Source: an uncultured Chlorobiaceae bacterium (GTDB lineage: Bacteria; Bacteroidota; Chlorobiia; Chlorobiales; Chlorobiaceae). From it: DNA of 64,000 bases. Location of the stretch: assembly GCA_903928225.1 (NCBI GenBank), contig CAIYPU010000130.1, forward strand, positions 1,536 to 65,535, in the 5' to 3' direction. Of the stretch, positions 30,590 to 40,602 are shown piece by piece. The position numbers and the translations under genes were made by a program. How positions within the stretch are numbered: position 1 is the first letter of the stretch; each line of letters opens with the position of its first letter. The notes beneath the pieces were generated by a model. The model worked only from the letters and a program-made list of their open reading frames with translations. It had not been told where the DNA came from and made no database searches.

Positions 30590-31189
30590 TCACATTTCCC
30601 CTGCTTCGAGAAACACAATCTTTTTCTTCAGCGCAGGCAGGAGCTGACGCATATACTCGTCATGGGTGATTTCCACTGCTCCGAGCTTCTCGAGGTGGGG
30701 GTTCATGATCTGAGCGTCAAGGAGAAGGTATCCCCTCTGTCTCAAATGGGAAACAAGACGGTCGAAGGCAACCTGGGAGGCATAGGAACGGCGGAAAAAC
30801 ATCGATTCCCCGAAAAACGCGGCGCCCATGGCGACCCCGTACAATCCTCCGGCAAGTTCGCCCTCGTGCCAGCTTTCGAAACTGTGCGCCACACCGAGAG
30901 TGTGCAGCATGAGATAGGCTTCGACGATATCATCGGAAATCCAGGTGGTGCTGTCGTTTCTTCTGGGTGCCGCGCATTGCCAGATCACGCTCTCGAACGC
31001 TTTATCGATGGTGACCGCGTATTCGTTGTTTCTGATCACCCGCTTCACCTGGCGAGAAGGCTTGTAGCTGTCAAGGGGGAAAACCGCCCGGTTATGCGGC
31101 TGGCACCAGTAGAGCTTGCCATCTTCCGGGTTCGCCATGGGAAAATACCCTAGCCGGTAGGCCTTGAGCAGTTCATCGATACGGATCAT
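30590..31189 (-). CDS. aat: Leucyl/phenylalanyl-tRNA--protein transferase
   Basis: 199-aa ORF with AYRLGYFPMA...WISDDIVEAY..LH.LG.AHSFE.W....LAGGLYG...G..FFGESMF. Confidence 0.9.
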   Translation of the reverse strand: MIRIDELLKAYRLGYFPMANPEDGKLYWCQPHNRAVFPLDSYKPSRQVKRVIRNNEYAVTIDKAFESVIWQCAAPRRNDSTTWISDDIVEAYLMLHTLGVAHSFESWHEGELAGGLYGVAMGAAFFGESMFFRRSYASQVAFDRLVSHLRQRGYLLLDAQIMNPHLEKLGAVEITHDEYMRQLLPALKKKIVFLEAGEM

Positions 31190-31210
31190 GGAAATATAAG
31201 GTTGCCCCGC

Positions 31211-31789
31211 TCAGCGGGACTTGAGAACAACATCTTCCGGCACCCTTTTTGGAATGCGCCTGATACCGTTGGCATCGGTACGGCTGCCGACCGGATCGTC
31301 CTCCGACATCTGCTCGATGACCACGGTTTCCGCCGGTTTTCCGAGCGCAATGACAAGCAGGGGGAGGAAAAGGGAAGGAATCCCGAAATGATTGTTCACC
31401 CCGTCCCTGTCGAAAGATGGTATGATACTGCCGCCAAATCCGGCATCGGTGGCTCCGAGCAGGATAGTCTGTGCGGCGATGCCGCTGTCCATGCCGAAAT
31501 CGCTGCCGAGGCAAAGGTCGGCGAACATGATGATGAAGGCAGTCGGGCGCTCGCTTTCCGGTGTGCCAGACCACCCGGCGAAAGAACCTTCGGGGAGAAG
31601 CATCGATACGAGCGCATCGGTATTCGTGGGGTCGGTGACCGGAAGATATTTGAGCGGCTGGAGGTTGCCCCGGGAAGGAACATAGCAGGCAAGCTCCACA
31701 AGGGAAAGCAGCAGCTCATTCGGAACGGCAATGGAAGCGTCGAATTTCACGTAATTCCGGCCCCTGGTTACAAGATCCCTGAAAAGCAT
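31211..31789 (-). CDS. Nitroreductase-family protein
   Basis: 192-aa ORF with PSRGNLQPLKY and AAQTILLGATDAGFGG, typical of the nitroreductase fold. Confidence 0.82.
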   Translation of the reverse strand: MLFRDLVTRGRNYVKFDASIAVPNELLLSLVELACYVPSRGNLQPLKYLPVTDPTNTDALVSMLLPEGSFAGWSGTPESERPTAFIIMFADLCLGSDFGMDSGIAAQTILLGATDAGFGGSIIPSFDRDGVNNHFGIPSLFLPLLVIALGKPAETVVIEQMSEDDPVGSRTDANGIRRIPKRVPEDVVLKSR

Positions 31790-31801
31790 ACGGTATCGTG
31801 G

Positions 31802-32833
31802 TTAAGACTTTTCGCCCCAGGCCGCCCGGGTATATTTCGTCAGGTCGCCCCAGTGCCCGCTTTTTATCCATTCAGCAATATAATCCACTGTCCTGGAATA
31901 GTTCAATGGTTCCCTGCAGGGCCTTTTCAGCCATTCATCAAGTACGCTTCGGTCAAGCGCATGCATGACCATACCGTAATGAAGCTGGTCCATGGCGAGA
32001 GCGTTCGATTCCTGTTCGATCTGGCCGTCGAGGGGCCTGAGAAGAAGTTTTTTTCCGAGATGGAGCGCTTCTCCGGGAAGTTCGAAACCGGCATTGCAGA
32101 CCACCCCGTCGGATTCCATGAGATCGCGCAGGAACCCTTCCCGCGAGTAGGTGCGATAGTGCAGGTGACCGTCGTCACCCGCTTCGCTGACCTTGCCGTA
32201 GATAAAGAATTCGTAACCGCTGAAAGGCCCGGTGAAGGCGGTGACATCCTCGACCTCCTCGAAGGGCAGGTAGACAAGGATCTTGCCCTGTACGCGGGGC
32301 AGCACATCCTGTTCGTAGAGGGATGCCGGAATGACCGGTGGAAAGATAGGCTGCCCGAAATCGCTCCAGTGCAGCCCGGCATTGTACCGGGCGGGCGCAA
32401 AATTCAACAGGGTGTATTTCTCGAAGACATTGCCCCGCGCGAAGGGAATGTTGTACTTGAATGCATACTGGTGGCCGAACCCCATCGAGGGGATGTTCCG
32501 CAGCCTTGCGGCCATCGAGCTGACCGGCTCGAAATCGGTGATGACGAGGTCGATGCCAGACGTGTCGAGGGTCAGAACATCAGCCATCAGTCGGCTGAGA
32601 TCGAGCTGGAACATGGTCTCGATGTAGTTCATCTTCCCCTTGTAGGTCACGAGCGTCATCCCTTTCATAACCCGGTAGGGGCTGAACACCTCGATTTCCC
32701 TGAGATCGCTCTCCTTGCGACCGCTTATGATGACTTCGATATCGTGGCCGTCCTCCTTCAGCCTGCGGACCAGTTCCCTGCTCCGGCTGATATGGCCGTT
32801 ACCCGTTCCCTGCACACCGAATAGGATCCTCAT
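31802..32833 (-). CDS. Glycosyltransferase, MJ1255/GT28-like family
   Basis: 343-aa ORF. MRILFGVQGTGNGHISRSRELVRRLKEDGHDI is the hallmark N-terminus of this family. Confidence 0.78.
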   Translation of the reverse strand: MRILFGVQGTGNGHISRSRELVRRLKEDGHDIEVIISGRKESDLREIEVFSPYRVMKGMTLVTYKGKMNYIETMFQLDLSRLMADVLTLDTSGIDLVITDFEPVSSMAARLRNIPSMGFGHQYAFKYNIPFARGNVFEKYTLLNFAPARYNAGLHWSDFGQPIFPPVIPASLYEQDVLPRVQGKILVYLPFEEVEDVTAFTGPFSGYEFFIYGKVSEAGDDGHLHYRTYSREGFLRDLMESDGVVCNAGFELPGEALHLGKKLLLRPLDGQIEQESNALAMDQLHYGMVMHALDRSVLDEWLKRPCREPLNYSRTVDYIAEWIKSGHWGDLTKYTRAAWGEKS

Positions 32834-32874
32834 GCTGCTGCGTTTGTTTTACGTGATGCGCATCTCAATGCATT

Positions 32875-35184
32875 TCACCTCTGGACCGTAAGATTGGCAT
32901 ACTGGACCATAAGAGTCTTTTCTCCCGCGCTCCTGAACTGTATCCTGACTTTCTGCTTCGCGCCGGCACCCTGGACATCGAGCACGGTCCCGGAGCCGAA
33001 CACCGCATGGTGCACCATCGATCCCTTTCGGATGCCTGCCGCCTGTGGTTTCGGCCTGCTTTCAGGAGCGGAAGGGGCTGCTGCAAGATCCTGCCTCCGT
33101 GCAAGTTCCGGACGGGAGACGGGCTGCCCGCCCTGCCGTTCCTTTGCCTGGATATCGGACAGGTAGGCGCCGCTCTCCTTCTGGACGATCGACGCGTCAA
33201 TTTCTCCGATAAACATCGATTTCAGGCAGTAATGAGGCTGGCCGTACTGGTAACGGGTCTGAGCCCATGAAAGGAAAATCTTCTCCTGCGCCCTCGTCAT
33301 GGCCACGTAGAAGAGTCGACGCTCCTCCTCGAGCTGTTCCGGCTCGTAAGCGTTGAGCGGAAAGAGTTTTTCTTCGAGGCCAGTGATGAACACGACGGGG
33401 AACTCGAGGCCTTTCGCCGCATGCACCGTCATCAGCGAAACATAGTTGTCCGAATCCTGGGCCTCGTCGTAGTTCGAGGCGAGGGAAATGTTTTCAAGGA
33501 AATCCCGGAGGGAACTGCCGTCAGGGTTATGATCGGAAAAATCCCTAGCCATCGAAAGCAGTTCCTGCAGGTTTTCATACCGGGCCAGCGACTCCGCAGT
33601 GTTCTCGGCCTGGAGCAGGAGGGGAATCGAGGTCAGGGTGAACAGCTCCGAAAGGACTTCGTAGACCGTTGCGGTTTCCGCCATCGACCCGAGCTTGTCG
33701 ATAACACCGGTAAAAGAACCGAGCGCGTTAACGAGACGCTGCTGGAAACCGCCCTCTTCGGCACGCTTTATCGCGTCGTAGAGCGAGATTCCTTTCTCCT
33801 CGGCGAACTCCCTGAGGCGGGAGATGCTGACATCCCCTATTTTCCTCGGCGGAAAATTCAGTATCCGCAGCAGCGATTCGGTATCGCGGTCGTTGAGGAT
33901 GAAGCGGAGATAAGCGACTGCATCCTTGATCTCCTTGCGTTTGTAGAACGAAACGCTGCCGAAGATCCTGTAGGGAATGCGCAGTCGGCGCATGATATCC
34001 TCGATCACCCTTGACTGCGCATTGGTGCGGTAGAACACGGCGAAGGCGCTGTATTCGTAACCCTGTCTCATGCGCAGCGAATTGATGCGCTCCCCGACTT
34101 TTTCGGCTTCGCGCCTCTCGTCCTGCGCTTCCATGAGCGTCAGCGGTTCGCCGGTGTTCCGATGGGAGACCAGCTCTTTGCGGATCTGCCGGACATTGCG
34201 GCTGATGACGCTGTTCGCGGCTTTCAGGATGTTGCCCGTGCTGCGGTAGTTTTCGATCAGCTTGAAGGTCTTCGCTTCCTTGTAGTCGTCCTGGAAGTTC
34301 AGGATGTTGGTGATGTCCGCACCTCGCCACGAATAGATCGACTGCGCGTCGTCGCCCACGACGAAAATGTTCCGGCGGCGCGCGCCGAGCATTTTCGCGG
34401 CAAGGTACTGGGCGCGGTTGGTATCCTGGTACTCGTCGATCAGGATGTAATGGAACATATCCTGCAGCTCTTCGAGCACCCGCGGAAACTGGGTGAACAG
34501 TTCGATCGGCTTGATGAGCAGGTCATCGAAATCGAGGGCGTTGTTTTCCTTCAGCTTCCGGTCGTAATGTTCGTAAATGACCGCCGCCTTCTGCTGGTTG
34601 TAATCCCCTGCGCTGCGCTGGAACTCGCCCGGCTTGACGAAACTGTTTTTCGCCCGGCTGATGATCCCCTGGATGGTATTGACCGGGACCGAGTCGTGGG
34701 AAATGTTGAGCTCGGTCATCGACTGCCGGATCAGGCTCTTGCTGTCATCGGCATCGAAAATGGTGAAGTTGCGGCTGAACCCGAGAAGGTCGATGTAATT
34801 GCGCAGCAGGCGGGCGAAAATCGAATGGAACGTGCCTATCCACAACCCCCCGGCGCTGCCGTGGTGAAGCAGGGAATCAACGCGGTGGCGCATCTCCCCT
34901 GCAGCCTTGTTGGTGAAGGTCAGGGCCAGGATGTTGGCGGGCGATACCCCTTCGTTCCTGATCAGGTAGGCTATCCGGTAGGTGATGACCCTGGTCTTGC
35001 CGGAACCTGCCCCGGCAAGCACCATCACCGGCCCGGAAGTCGCCGTCACGGCGCCGCGCTGCACCTCGTTGAGTTCGTTCAGAAAATCCGTCAAACCTCT
35101 TGTTTGCTTTATCGGTTGCAGTGCCTGCCTTGTCCTGGATTTCCCCCTGGGCACCGAAAAAATATCCTGATGAATTTCGTACAA
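32875..35184 (-). CDS. ATP-dependent DNA helicase, UvrD/PcrA/Rep family (SF1)
   Basis: 769-aa ORF with LNEVQRGAV, AGAGSGKTRVITYR, ILIDEYQDTN, VGDDAQSIYSWRGA, TVHAAKGLEF and VAMTRA motifs. Confidence 0.92.
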   Translation of the reverse strand: MYEIHQDIFSVPRGKSRTRQALQPIKQTRGLTDFLNELNEVQRGAVTATSGPVMVLAGAGSGKTRVITYRIAYLIRNEGVSPANILALTFTNKAAGEMRHRVDSLLHHGSAGGLWIGTFHSIFARLLRNYIDLLGFSRNFTIFDADDSKSLIRQSMTELNISHDSVPVNTIQGIISRAKNSFVKPGEFQRSAGDYNQQKAAVIYEHYDRKLKENNALDFDDLLIKPIELFTQFPRVLEELQDMFHYILIDEYQDTNRAQYLAAKMLGARRRNIFVVGDDAQSIYSWRGADITNILNFQDDYKEAKTFKLIENYRSTGNILKAANSVISRNVRQIRKELVSHRNTGEPLTLMEAQDERREAEKVGERINSLRMRQGYEYSAFAVFYRTNAQSRVIEDIMRRLRIPYRIFGSVSFYKRKEIKDAVAYLRFILNDRDTESLLRILNFPPRKIGDVSISRLREFAEEKGISLYDAIKRAEEGGFQQRLVNALGSFTGVIDKLGSMAETATVYEVLSELFTLTSIPLLLQAENTAESLARYENLQELLSMARDFSDHNPDGSSLRDFLENISLASNYDEAQDSDNYVSLMTVHAAKGLEFPVVFITGLEEKLFPLNAYEPEQLEEERRLFYVAMTRAQEKIFLSWAQTRYQYGQPHYCLKSMFIGEIDASIVQKESGAYLSDIQAKERQGGQPVSRPELARRQDLAAAPSAPESRPKPQAAGIRKGSMVHHAVFGSGTVLDVQGAGAKQKVRIQFRSAGEKTLMVQYANLTVQR

Positions 35185-35396
35185 CTTTACCCTTTTTACA
35201 AATAACCGGAAACATTTAACCGGGCCTCCGCTGCCGCTTCATCCCGCAAAAGGTGAACGAACATCCCCATCCTCCGGAAAGCGCGGCGCCGGACCCGCCG
35301 CCGGAGCGCTTCCGGAATATTTTATACAGAGTTACGCATGTTGCCCCGAGAGTTGCTATATTCTCCTTCAAACAATCGCCAAACAACAAACGCCCA

Positions 35397-36839
35397 ATGT
35401 TTCCTCTCGTTTACGAAATCAATACGAGAATCTGGCTGAAAAAACTGAGCGCCATCCACAACAGGGCAATAACCCTCGGCAATGTTCCCGATAGCGAATT
35501 CGTTTTTTTCGCCTCGTCCGGTTTCGACATCGTCTGGCTGATGGGGGTCTGGAACCCCAGCCTCTACAGCAAATCGATCGCGACGGCCCACCCGGGGCTC
35601 AGGACTTCCTTTTTCGAACATGTCGACGAGATCGCTCCCGGCGACATCGCCTCTTCTCCTTATTCGATCCCATCCTATACGGTCAGCGACCTGCTCGGAG
35701 GTAAAGACGAACTGGTCAAGTTCAGGGAAAAACTGCATGCATACGGCATAAAGCTGATGCTCGATTTCGTGCCCAACCATCTGGCGCTCGACAACGAATG
35801 GCTTCCGAAACACCCGGAGTATTTCATATCGCTGCCGCGTGCCGAATGGGTACATGATCCCGGAGCCGGCTTCGAATACGTGCACGGCAAGTACCTCGCA
35901 TGCGGCAAGGACCCGTTTTTCGCGCCCTGGACCGATACGCTGCAGCTCAATTACGCAAGGCATGAGACGCACGAGATGATGACCGGAAACCTCCTGAAAA
36001 TCAGCGACCTCTGCGATGCGGTACGGTGCGACGTAGCCATGCTGGTGCTCAAGAGCGTGTTCAACAGCACCTGGAGCCGTCTCAGCGGCCCGATGCCGCA
36101 CGAGTTCTGGAGCAATGCCATTGCGACGGTGAAAGCGCGGCACCCAGGGTTCATTTTCCTTGCCGAATCTTACTGGAACAAGGAGTGGGAGCTCCAGCAG
36201 CTCGGCTTTGATTTCACCTACGACATGCCCTTTTATGACTTCATCAGCAGTGCCCCGGTCAACGTCGAAAAGCTCTCGGGCCATCTGAAGGGACAGTGGG
36301 ACTACCAGAAGCACCTCTGCCGTTTCATCGAAAACCACGACGAGCAGAGGGCCGCCGAAAAAATCGGGCTCAACAACAAGGCTGCCGCACTGGTTTTCCT
36401 TGCCGCGCCGGGCATGCACCTCGTTCATCAGGACCAGATGTCGGGATACCACAAGAAAATTCCCGTCCAGCTGCTCAAACAGGCCCCGGAAATAAACGAT
36501 ACCGATCTCGAGGAGCTCTACGGCAAACTCTTCCAGCTGCAGAAAAAACCGCTGTTCCAGGAAGGCCAGATATCCTGGCTCGAAGTGAACACCTCCTGCA
36601 GCTCGCACTGTTTCGGCTTCCAGCGCTTCCTCGGCAACGAATACGCCTTCGTCCTCGCCAACTTTACGGCAACGGGCATCACTATGGAGTTCAGGCACCC
36701 GTCGCCCGAAAATCTCGATATCGATGTCCTGAACTACATCAGTTCGGAAGATGTCGACAAAAGCGCCGACATGACCTACGACGCGCCCTTTTTCCATGTG
36801 AGGCTCTCACCTCACGAAGCAGTCGTCATCACTCCGTGA
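35397..36839 (+). CDS. Alpha-amylase-family (GH13-like) glycoside hydrolase
   Basis: The ORF runs 35253..36839 (GTG) and the ATG at 35397 gives MFPLVYEINTRIW. It has the conserved-region-I-like LMLDFVPNH and FIENHDE. Confidence 0.78.
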   Translation: MFPLVYEINTRIWLKKLSAIHNRAITLGNVPDSEFVFFASSGFDIVWLMGVWNPSLYSKSIATAHPGLRTSFFEHVDEIAPGDIASSPYSIPSYTVSDLLGGKDELVKFREKLHAYGIKLMLDFVPNHLALDNEWLPKHPEYFISLPRAEWVHDPGAGFEYVHGKYLACGKDPFFAPWTDTLQLNYARHETHEMMTGNLLKISDLCDAVRCDVAMLVLKSVFNSTWSRLSGPMPHEFWSNAIATVKARHPGFIFLAESYWNKEWELQQLGFDFTYDMPFYDFISSAPVNVEKLSGHLKGQWDYQKHLCRFIENHDEQRAAEKIGLNNKAAALVFLAAPGMHLVHQDQMSGYHKKIPVQLLKQAPEINDTDLEELYGKLFQLQKKPLFQEGQISWLEVNTSCSSHCFGFQRFLGNEYAFVLANFTATGITMEFRHPSPENLDIDVLNYISSEDVDKSADMTYDAPFFHVRLSPHEAVVITP

Positions 36840-36918
36840 GGAAGCCTCCGGAACACAGGGGCCGACCCGGCCCCTGATTCACTTCACGAATGCTGAAAAA
36901 CCATAACGATATTCCCCG

Positions 36919-37344
36919 ATGCAATTCATCATCAAAACCGTCTCTCTCAGGACAAACAGGCCTCTGGAAATCATCGACATCACTGCAGAAGCGGACGCCG
37001 CAGTCGCGGCATCGGGAATCGTCAACGGGCAGCTCAACGTGATGAGCCGGCATACGACTGCCTTTATCGCGATCAATGAAAAAGAGGAAAGCTTGCTCGA
37101 AGACATGGAAACCTTCCTCAAACGGTTTGTACCCAGAGACGGCAACTACCGGCATAACCTGACGTCGATCGATGGCCGGGACAACGCCCACGCCCATCTT
37201 ATAGGCCTGTTCATGAACGCGTCCGAAACCATTCCGGTCGCCGACGGAAAATTGCTGCTTGGTGAATGGCAGTCCCTTTTCTTCATCGAACTGGACGGGC
37301 CACGCGAAAAAAGAAATGTTCTCTTCCAGATTTCCGGCATCTGA
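36919..37344 (+). CDS. yjbQ: YjbQ/UPF0047 family protein (secondary thiamine-phosphate synthase-like)
   Basis: 141-aa ORF with VMSRHTTAFIAINE...DNAHAHL...GEWQSLFFIELDGPR, the family signature. Confidence 0.88.
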   Translation: MQFIIKTVSLRTNRPLEIIDITAEADAAVAASGIVNGQLNVMSRHTTAFIAINEKEESLLEDMETFLKRFVPRDGNYRHNLTSIDGRDNAHAHLIGLFMNASETIPVADGKLLLGEWQSLFFIELDGPREKRNVLFQISGI

Positions 37345-37448
37345 GAGGATCCTTCCCTGCCCCTGGCGGATAAAACGGGGGTGGAACCGGAAAGGCAGAA
37401 ATATGGTTACTGCATTGGAAAGCCCGCTAAACTGAAATTTCACCAGAC

Positions 37449-39371
37449 ATGTCCGACCCAAACCCGGTCCCATCCGTTACAACACCCCTGCGCATCGCCG
37501 ATATCCGTTCACCGGAAGACCTTAAAAATCTCGATATCCCGGAACTGATCGCCCTGGCCGATCAATGCAGGAAAGAGATCATCGATCTGGTTTCCATGAA
37601 CGGAGGACATTTCGCTTCAAGCCTCGGTGTCGTTGAGCTTACCGTAGCACTGCACCATGTCTACAATTCCCCGAAGGATAAAATCATCTGGGACGTCGGT
37701 CATCAGGCCTACATCCATAAACTGCTGACCGGAAGATTCGACCGGATGCATACGAACCGCCAGTACGGCGGACTCGCGGGGTTCCCGAAAATTTCCGAAA
37801 GTCCGCATGACCCGTTCGGCACAGGGCACGCTTCGACATCGATATCTGCGGCAGCCGGGATTGCAGCCGGAAGGGACCTTATCGGCGGCAAGGAAAAAGT
37901 GATTGCCGTCATCGGCGACGGCAGCATGACCGGTGGCATGGCATTCGAGGCCATGAACCATCTGGGAGACCTGAAGAGCGACGTCCTCGTGATCCTGAAC
38001 GACAACCAGATGGCAATTTCCCCGAGCACCGGCGGGCTGAAAAACCATCTGATCAACATCAGCCTGAACAAGACCTACAACAGGCTCCGAAAGCTGATCT
38101 GGCAATCGGTCTCCCTGTTCAACAACGATCTGGGCAATTCGGCCCAGAAAGCGCTGCACAAGATCGAAGACGGCATCAAGGCCGCCCTGACGCCAGGAGC
38201 ATTCTTCGAAGCGCTGGGCCTTAGGTATTTCGGCCCGATCGACGGACACAACATGGAGCAGCTGGTCAAGGCGCTCAGGGAAATGCACGACCTTCCCCAC
38301 CCCAAACTCCTGCATGTCATGACGACAAAAGGAAAAGGGTTCAAACCGGCGGAGGAAAACCAGAGCAAGTGGCATGCGCACAGCGGCGGCTTCGATACCG
38401 TCACGGGCAAATCGCTCAAGGCATCGGATAAACCACAGCCACCGAAATTCCAGGAGGTCTTCGGCGAAGCGCTTGTCGAACTTGCGCAGAAAGACATACG
38501 GATTGCAGCCATCACCGCGGCCATGCCTTCCGGCACCTCTCTCGACCTCTTCCAGGAAGCCCTCCCCCAGCGCTTTTATGATGTCGGCATCGCGGAGGGT
38601 CACGCCGTCACTTTTGCTGCCGGGCTTGCGACACAGGGGCTCAAACCTGTCTGCGCCATCTATTCGACCTTCCTGCAGCGGGCGTACGACCAGATCATCA
38701 TCGACGTCGCCCAGCAGCACCTCCACGTCGTCTTTGCCATAGACCGGGCGGGGCTCGTGGGCGAAGACGGTCCGACACACCACGGGGCTTTCGACCTCTC
38801 CTACCTGCAGCCTGTCCCGGGAATGGTGATCATGGCTCCGGCCGACGAACAGGAGCTTCGCGACATGCTCTTCACCGCCCTCTACCAGGTGAACGGCCCC
38901 GTCGCGATCCGTTATCCGAGGGGCAGCGGAACCGGCATCGCCCTGCGCAGGGAGTTCCTGCCGGTGGAAATCGGCAAGGCGGCCGTTGTCCGGGAAGGCA
39001 GCGGCATCGCCCTGCTCTGTATGGGCAACATGGTGCAGAAAGGCCTCGAAACGGCCGACAGCCTGAGGCAAAGGGGAATCGACGCCGCAGTAGTGAACAT
39101 GAGGTTCCTCAAACCTCTCGATACCGGGATTCTTGAAAAGCTCGCGCCGAAAGTCAGCCATTTCGCGGTCATCGAGGAAAACAGCTGTATCGGCGGGCTC
39201 GGCAGCGCGGTCATCGACCATCTCAATGCTGCCGGACTGCAGCATCCCGTCCTGAAACTCGCACTGCCGGACGCCTTCGTGACACACGGCCACATGGACG
39301 ACCTCTACAGGGAAACCGGTTTCGACATCCCCGCGATGACCTTGAAGATATCGGCTTTCTATATGCCGTAA
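37449..39371 (+). CDS. dxs: 1-deoxy-D-xylulose-5-phosphate synthase
   Basis: 640-aa ORF with GGHFASSLGVVELTVALH, DVGHQAY.HK.LTGR, the GDGSMTGGMAFEA TPP motif and IAEGHAVTFAAG. Confidence 0.96.
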   Translation: MSDPNPVPSVTTPLRIADIRSPEDLKNLDIPELIALADQCRKEIIDLVSMNGGHFASSLGVVELTVALHHVYNSPKDKIIWDVGHQAYIHKLLTGRFDRMHTNRQYGGLAGFPKISESPHDPFGTGHASTSISAAAGIAAGRDLIGGKEKVIAVIGDGSMTGGMAFEAMNHLGDLKSDVLVILNDNQMAISPSTGGLKNHLINISLNKTYNRLRKLIWQSVSLFNNDLGNSAQKALHKIEDGIKAALTPGAFFEALGLRYFGPIDGHNMEQLVKALREMHDLPHPKLLHVMTTKGKGFKPAEENQSKWHAHSGGFDTVTGKSLKASDKPQPPKFQEVFGEALVELAQKDIRIAAITAAMPSGTSLDLFQEALPQRFYDVGIAEGHAVTFAAGLATQGLKPVCAIYSTFLQRAYDQIIIDVAQQHLHVVFAIDRAGLVGEDGPTHHGAFDLSYLQPVPGMVIMAPADEQELRDMLFTALYQVNGPVAIRYPRGSGTGIALRREFLPVEIGKAAVVREGSGIALLCMGNMVQKGLETADSLRQRGIDAAVVNMRFLKPLDTGILEKLAPKVSHFAVIEENSCIGGLGSAVIDHLNAAGLQHPVLKLALPDAFVTHGHMDDLYRETGFDIPAMTLKISAFYMP

Positions 39372-39853
39372 GGCAGGTGAAGCGGCATGAGCAGCGCAAG
39401 CAGGCACCTTGCCGCAATGTTGGCAAAAATGCCGGCAAGCAGGTCGTCGGCCATGATGCCCCATCCCCCGGGCAACCGCTGAAGAGCGTTGACGGGGCCG
39501 GGCTTGAGGATATCGAACAGGCGAAAAAAAAGAAAGGAAAGCGCAAAGGGGACCACTCCGACAGGAAGCGCAGCGAGCGCCAGCCACTGGCCGGCAAGCT
39601 CGTCAATGGTGACGATCGAGGGGTCCTCCCCGAAATGCTCTTCCATGACCGATCCGGCCCATACTCCGGCGGCACTGGCAACGGCCACGAGGCAGCACAT
39701 GACCTTCGGATCGAGCATGCCCGGAAAAAAGATGCAGGGAAGGACGGCAAGCAGGCTGGTGAAGGTCCCCGGAGCCCAGGGAAAGAATCCGGCGCCGAAA
39801 CAGGTCCCGATGATTTTCGCTACGGTCAGCCTCATGATAGCCTCAGCCTTCAA
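39359..39853 (-). CDS. pgpA: Phosphatidylglycerophosphatase A
   Basis: 164-aa membrane ORF with FGAGFFPWAPGTFTS...FRLFDILKPGPV...PGGWGIMADD, the PgpA signature. The 3' end overlaps dxs by 13 nt (convergent). Confidence 0.85.
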   Translation of the reverse strand: MKAEAIMRLTVAKIIGTCFGAGFFPWAPGTFTSLLAVLPCIFFPGMLDPKVMCCLVAVASAAGVWAGSVMEEHFGEDPSIVTIDELAGQWLALAALPVGVVPFALSFLFFRLFDILKPGPVNALQRLPGGWGIMADDLLAGIFANIAARCLLALLMPLHLPYGI

Positions 39854-40460
39854 ATGGCTTGCCGGAGTAGATCTTCCAGTTGCTCACCAGGTAGGAAATC
39901 CCCGTGTAAACCGTCAGGACCGTGACGGCGAGCATGAGGTAATTCAGGATATCGTTCATGAGAAACGTGCTGATCATGCTTGTTGCGCTCCGGCCAAGAA
40001 AGGCGGTCTCCTTGAGAAGCACGAGGAACATGACCGCATAGACGAAGATATGCTGCACGAGCGTCTTGTATTTCGCTTCCAAGCTGGTCACGACCGGTTT
40101 GTCCTTCATTTCTGCGTAGATACGAAGGCCGGTGATCAAGACATCCCGGACAACGACCAGAAGGACCATCCAGAGCTGAAGGTAACCGAGCCAGACGTAG
40201 AGCAGGAATGCCGCCGTAATCAGCAGCTTGTCGGCAAGAGGGTCGAGAAATGCGCCGAGCCTCGTGGTTTCGCCGTACTTGCGGGCATGGTAGCCATCGT
40301 AGATGTCGGTCAGGGAGGCGAAAGCGAACACGAAGACACCTGCTACCTTGCAGGCCGGATCATGCTGAAGCAGGAGAAAGACAAAAACGGGGACAAGCGC
40401 TATCCTCAGGGTTGTCAGCAGGTTGGGAATGGTCAGGTATGTATGTAGCTGCTGTTTCAA
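39843..40460 (-). CDS. pgsA: CDP-diacylglycerol--glycerol-3-phosphate 3-phosphatidyltransferase
   Basis: 205-aa ORF with IPNLLTTLRI and the CDP-alcohol phosphatidyltransferase motif DIYDGYHAR....T.LGAFLDPLADK. Confidence 0.88.
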   Translation of the reverse strand: MKQQLHTYLTIPNLLTTLRIALVPVFVFLLLQHDPACKVAGVFVFAFASLTDIYDGYHARKYGETTRLGAFLDPLADKLLITAAFLLYVWLGYLQLWMVLLVVVRDVLITGLRIYAEMKDKPVVTSLEAKYKTLVQHIFVYAVMFLVLLKETAFLGRSATSMISTFLMNDILNYLMLAVTVLTVYTGISYLVSNWKIYSGKPFEG

Positions 40461-40602
40461 TCCCTGCGGGTTTATGGATAGTTATGGTTTCGTGCGGATA
40501 CACACGGATGCGGTTCATGCTCCGTTTGCACACCTACGGCTTAAGATAGTGCATTGCACGCTGTTTTTCAATCAGCAGCTGCAGACGAAAAGCGGAAAAT
40601 AC